From contig JWZX01002445.1 of the NCBI GenBank assembly GCA_001275005.1, forward strand, positions 1 through 34,287: a stretch of 34,287 nt of DNA, written 5' to 3'. A model generated the notes under the pieces. That model was not told where the DNA came from, ran no database searches, and was given only the letters and a program-made list of their open reading frames with translations. Shown piece by piece: positions 30,416-34,287 of the stretch; the stretch's first letter is position 1; the number at the start of each line of letters is the position of its first letter. The position numbers and the translations under genes are program-made. Source of the stretch: Chrysochromulina tobinii. Lineage: Eukaryota.

Positions 30416-31522
30416 TCACATGACGGCCTGTGACTCGCACGCGGCGTCGAGCACTTCCACTTGCCGCGCGGCACACATGACACAACGGTCGGCCGCGCTC
30501 GTGCGGCTATGGACCCATTTAATGGGCGACACTGCCTCGCAGCGCTGCGTGCGCATGCAGCCTATCCTCTGTGAATCCTCGCCGCTGCGCTGGCAGCTCG
30601 CCGGCCGCTGTCCTGACCGCCTCAGCCAGGCAACGGCCGTAATAGATGCAACTTTTGCTGCAACGCGCTCAAAACCACGCTCGTCTCGCGCCGCGTGCCT
30701 TCTCACGGCCAGCTGACCAGCCGCCGAGCACGGCCGCAGACGCCTAACGATCTCCCCGGGCAGGGTATCCGTCGGCGCCTCCTGCCGAGCCACCTGCCAG
30801 CCGCCAAGGCGGCGCCTAGGCGCTCGTCGTCGCGGCCATCGGGCAAGGCAGCCGTGCCGCTCGACCGCTGCCCTGCCTATACCAACGACCGCCGCCGGGA
30901 CGCTGTTGTTGCACCAAGCCTGCACAAGGGTTGAGGAAGCACGCTGCGTTAGCAATGGGTGAATTGTGCAAGGCGAGCGAGCACGGCAGGCCGGTGGTTC
31001 GCTTCGAGAGGCACTCACCAGCAATGACAGTGCTGGTTTGGTGAGAATGCGCGGGTCGAGGATGCCGCGGGGCAGCTCGATGGCTCGCTGAGAGGTCACC
31101 ACATTGCCGTGGGGAAGCCGCGTGAAGTTTTATGGCTGTATAATGAGTCGCCCGGCGTCGTTCATCAAGATCTTGGCCATCAAACTGTCCTCCGCTGGAG
31201 GCGTACACGTTCCTGCAGACAGGGGGCCTGGACCTCAAGGGACCTCGCCAATTCTTGGAGCAAGGATGGATCACAAGGAGCGGACCACGTTGGCCTCGGT
31301 CGCGCGCGAGGGAAATGCGGGCAATGTAAGGTTCAGGGAGTCAGAAGAGGGACACAAAAGGCCTGCTCCTCGTGCCCGCGCCAGCGACAAAGGGGTGAAG
31401 GTTCCCGAGCGCGCGCGCACCTCATGTGTTGGAGAGGTCGATGGGCTCCTCTTCACCCATGGGCGAGTCAGCCAGACTCGCCATGTCGCTGGCCCCCAGG
31501 CGAGGACGGAGAGGCAGTCCAC
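30416..31522 (-). pseudogene. Possible spliced gene relic or lncRNA divergent from SPRYD7
   Basis: Intron-like segments 31420-31295 (GAG|GTGCGC) and 31018-30920 (CTG|GTGAGT, GCTAAC branch, pyrimidine tract, TGCAG|). The middle exon has in-frame TGA, TGA, TAA. Boundaries are approximate and no family is recognised. Confidence 0.4.
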
Positions 31523-31684
31523 GTGAGAAAGAGGTCCATCGAAGTAGGGGGTCGAGCGAACTGAGGCTGCTTGTCGCTCGACTCTTCACTTGTGAACGAG
31601 AGGAGAGTTGTTTACTCGACAGACTCGGGGTCTACTTTTCCTACTTTCCTGCCCGTCGCGACCGTCGACGACGGAAGGTCGGAG

Positions 31685-32224
31685 ATGGGGTGTTGTGTTG
31701 GCAAGTCGACAGAGGAGGACATGCAGCCGGCCTTCGACCCGGTGATCGGCCTGTGCGATAAGATGAAGGCCGAAGGCGTCACCGTCAAGGGCCTCGCCAT
31801 CTCGGGCGAAGGCTCGGTCATGGGCGATTCACCAGTGCTGCAGGACAAGGCGTATTTTGAGGTGACGCTAGTCGAACCGGGGTCGTGGTCAGTGGGCGTC
31901 GCCACGCGCGAAACGCCGCTCGAGGGCTTGCTCTCGCAGGAAAAGTCGCCCACCGCGTGGACCCTCACGAGCAGTGGCAGCGTGGCGCTGGGACCTGGCG
32001 AGGTCCTTGGCGTTGCCTTCGACCAGGGTGACTACCCCGTGCAGCTCTACTTTTACAAGAAGGGCAGGCAAGTGCACCAGCTCTCGGGCGTGCGCGGCGA
32101 GGTGCTGCCCGTATTCAGCGTCGCCGATGGCGCTGTGCTAGAGCCCAACTTTGGCGGGAAGCCATATGCGGAGAGGGTGCCCTCCGGCTACCAAGGCATT
32201 ATCAAGTCCATGAGCCTGTTGTGA
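31685..32224 (+). CDS. SPRYD7: SPRY domain-containing protein 7-like, N-acylated
   Basis: [65 protein letters not shown]-terminus (myristoylation plus palmitoylation pattern). Confidence 0.8.
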   Translation: MGCCVGKSTEEDMQPAFDPVIGLCDKMKAEGVTVKGLAISGEGSVMGDSPVLQDKAYFEVTLVEPGSWSVGVATRETPLEGLLSQEKSPTAWTLTSSGSVALGPGEVLGVAFDQGDYPVQLYFYKKGRQVHQLSGVRGEVLPVFSVADGAVLEPNFGGKPYAERVPSGYQGIIKSMSLL

Positions 32225-32547
32225 GAGCGAGCCCGGCTCTACCGAGACGGGCGGCCACGCGCGCGCCGCGCTCAGGGTGCACCAGCCGCGCCAAGAACTC
32301 CGTCTATGAGCATGCCGAAACCAGGCTCGGGTCGTTGGCGGCCGCACCTGCTCGAAGGAGAGGGCGCTCGCGCTGGCTGCGCGCTCTCGCTGTCAGCGTG
32401 CGCTCAGATAATAACAAACGACACTCGCTGACACGACGAGAGTGGCGCATCGTGCGTCGCCTTTTATGTCCTGTTTTTCGGCCGGCGAAACTTGCCGGAG
32501 GGGGCGAACTGCGGGACGCCAAGTTGCGCCCGTCGCAGCTTCGTGCG

Positions 32548-33693
32548 ATGAGCGCGGAATCAAACACCTTCATGGCCACCCGACACGGGGAGGTGGCCGA
32601 ATCTGAATCTCCATCGTCGAAGAAGCAGAAACCCACCCCACCAAAGGTTGCGCTGATCACCGGCATCACGGGCCAGGATGGCTCATACCTCGCTGAGCTG
32701 CTGCTGAGCAAGGGCTACGAGGTGCACGGCATCATCCGCCGCTCGTCGTCCTTCAACACCGGGCGTATCGAGGAGCTGTACGAGGACCCACACGTCGACA
32801 CGCGCAGGCTGTTCCTGCACTACGGTGACCTCACCGACTCGACCAACTGCTTTGAGATCGTCAGCAAGGTGAGGCCGGACGAGTTGTACAACTTGGGCGC
32901 GCAGTCGCACGTAAAGGTGTCGTTCGAGCTGTCCGAGTACACCGCCGACGCGGACGGGCTCGGCGTGCTGCGGCTGCTCAATGCGATCCGCTCGGCCGAC
33001 CTTGTGCACAAGACGCGCTTCTACCAGGCGTCCACCTCGGAGCTGTACGGGCTCGTTCAGGAGGTGCCGCAAAAGGAGACGACGCCCTTCTACCCGCGCT
33101 CGCCGTACGCCGTCGCCAAGCAGTACGCCTACTGGATCGTGGTCAACTATCGCGAGGCATACGGCATGCATGCATCCAATGGCATCCTCTTCAATCACGA
33201 GTCCCCGCGCCGCGGGCCCACGTTTGTGACCCGCAAGGTGACGCGCGCGGTAGCGCGCATCAAGCTGGGCAAGCAGGACTGCCTGTACATGGGCAACATC
33301 GACGCGAAGCGCGACTGGGGACACGCGCGCGACTACGTCGAAATGATGTGGATGATGATGCAGCAGCCAGAGGCGGACGACTATGTCGTCGCCACCGGCG
33401 AGACGAACACGGTGCGCTCCTTCATTGAACTCGCCTTCGAGTGCATCGACATCAAGCTGCTGTGGAAAGGCAAGGGAGTGGACGAGATAGGCTATTGTGC
33501 GGCGAGCGGGCGCGAGCTCGTCAAGATCGACCCCAAGTACTTCCGCCCGACCGAGGTGGAACTGCTCATCGGCGACCCGACCAAGGCCAAGGAGAAGCTT
33601 GGGTGGGTGCCTAAAACAACGATGCAGTCTCTCTGCAAGGAGATGGTCGCCGCAGACATCCGCCTCGTCGAGAAAGGCGACTACACCTCATGA
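32548..33693 (+). CDS. gmd: GDP-mannose 4,6-dehydratase
   Basis: [75 protein letters not shown]. Start is ATG 32548 or the next Met. Confidence 0.98.
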   Translation: MSAESNTFMATRHGEVAESESPSSKKQKPTPPKVALITGITGQDGSYLAELLLSKGYEVHGIIRRSSSFNTGRIEELYEDPHVDTRRLFLHYGDLTDSTNCFEIVSKVRPDELYNLGAQSHVKVSFELSEYTADADGLGVLRLLNAIRSADLVHKTRFYQASTSELYGLVQEVPQKETTPFYPRSPYAVAKQYAYWIVVNYREAYGMHASNGILFNHESPRRGPTFVTRKVTRAVARIKLGKQDCLYMGNIDAKRDWGHARDYVEMMWMMMQQPEADDYVVATGETNTVRSFIELAFECIDIKLLWKGKGVDEIGYCAASGRELVKIDPKYFRPTEVELLIGDPTKAKEKLGWVPKTTMQSLCKEMVAADIRLVEKGDYTS

Positions 33694-34287
33694 GGCGGCG
33701 CCCGCTCTCATGTCTGGGTCGGGTGGGCCGTTGGCACAGGCATGGGGATTACATGGAGGTAGGCAGCCACTGCCAGTTGGGTGACTCGGAATGAATGACC
33801 GAGCGATGGAGAGCCATATGCCGCGGAGGGGATCGCGGTGCCGGCACCCGCCCCCTAGCAAAGCCGCGTTGTGACCACCACGAAGCCGGGCTGCCGCGGA
33901 CCGCGAGCGCCTGGGCCCATTGGTGGCCCACCCCAGAGGTATGAGGTTGCGCAGTCTCTCTCGGAGAGAGAGAGAGCGTTTCAGGTATCTCGCCGTGTGC
34001 GGTTCCTCACTTGAAGCGTCAGACACCGGCGGCATGTCCGAGCTGTCCGAACAACTGTCGAGCACAGTCACGAGACGGGAGACCGAACACAGTATATCCA
34101 AAATCTCCCTGTCATCCACTCCGCGCCGTCCCGCGTCCCCGCAGACGTCCCCGGCGTTGTCCCCGGCGAAGCGCAAGCGCGGCCCGGCGGCCGATCCCGC
34201 GCGCCCGGCCCGCGACCGCCGCGGACCGGCTAGCCGAGACGCACGCCGATCCGACCCCGCGCGCGCCCCGCAAGCGCGGGGGGGCGG

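Noticed and set aside
5159..33693. Functional cluster of Golgi/glycan genes (MRH, DUF6473-like, COG5, gmd) or ubiquitin genes (UIM calpain, F-box, U-box)
   Set aside because: These are common categories, interspersed with unrelated genes in mixed orientation; no evidence without synteny data.
33688..34287. Minus-strand ORF 33688..34176 with acidic SDSSDMPPVSDASSEE, possibly a gene or TE fragment
   Set aside because: No ATG start, no recognisable domain, runs through a (GA)n tract and lies at the window edge.

Overview
GC-rich, gene-dense, mostly intronless eukaryotic nuclear DNA, most likely from a haptophyte-type alga (inference from a bipartite signal-plus-Phe plastid presequence, COG5 and SPRYD7 genes, GTGCGC/GTGAGT spliceosomal donors and high GC). 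It holds about 13 protein genes: a GRF-zinc-finger calpain, an LRR protein, a spliced two-MRH-domain membrane receptor, an F-box/LRR protein, a thylakoid-lumen-targeted unknown, a DUF6473-like protein (frameshifted), COG5, a giant IQ/tandem U-box/TPR protein (frameshifted at a G run), a Trp-repeat hypothetical, an Asp/Asn beta-hydroxylase, a P/Q-rich protein, SPRYD7 and GDP-mannose 4,6-dehydratase. The most unusual signals are (1) a 119-nt tRNA-mimicking four-way-junction RNA downstream of the F-box gene, (2) a 336-bp insertion capped by inverted (GTTCA)n/(TGAAC)n microsatellites and flanked by a 9-bp direct repeat, and (3) a calpain whose accessory motifs (NLS, GRF finger, UIMs, SIMs, VBM-like tail) parallel Wss1/SPRTN DNA-protein-crosslink proteases. 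All calls were made by eye; no searches were run.
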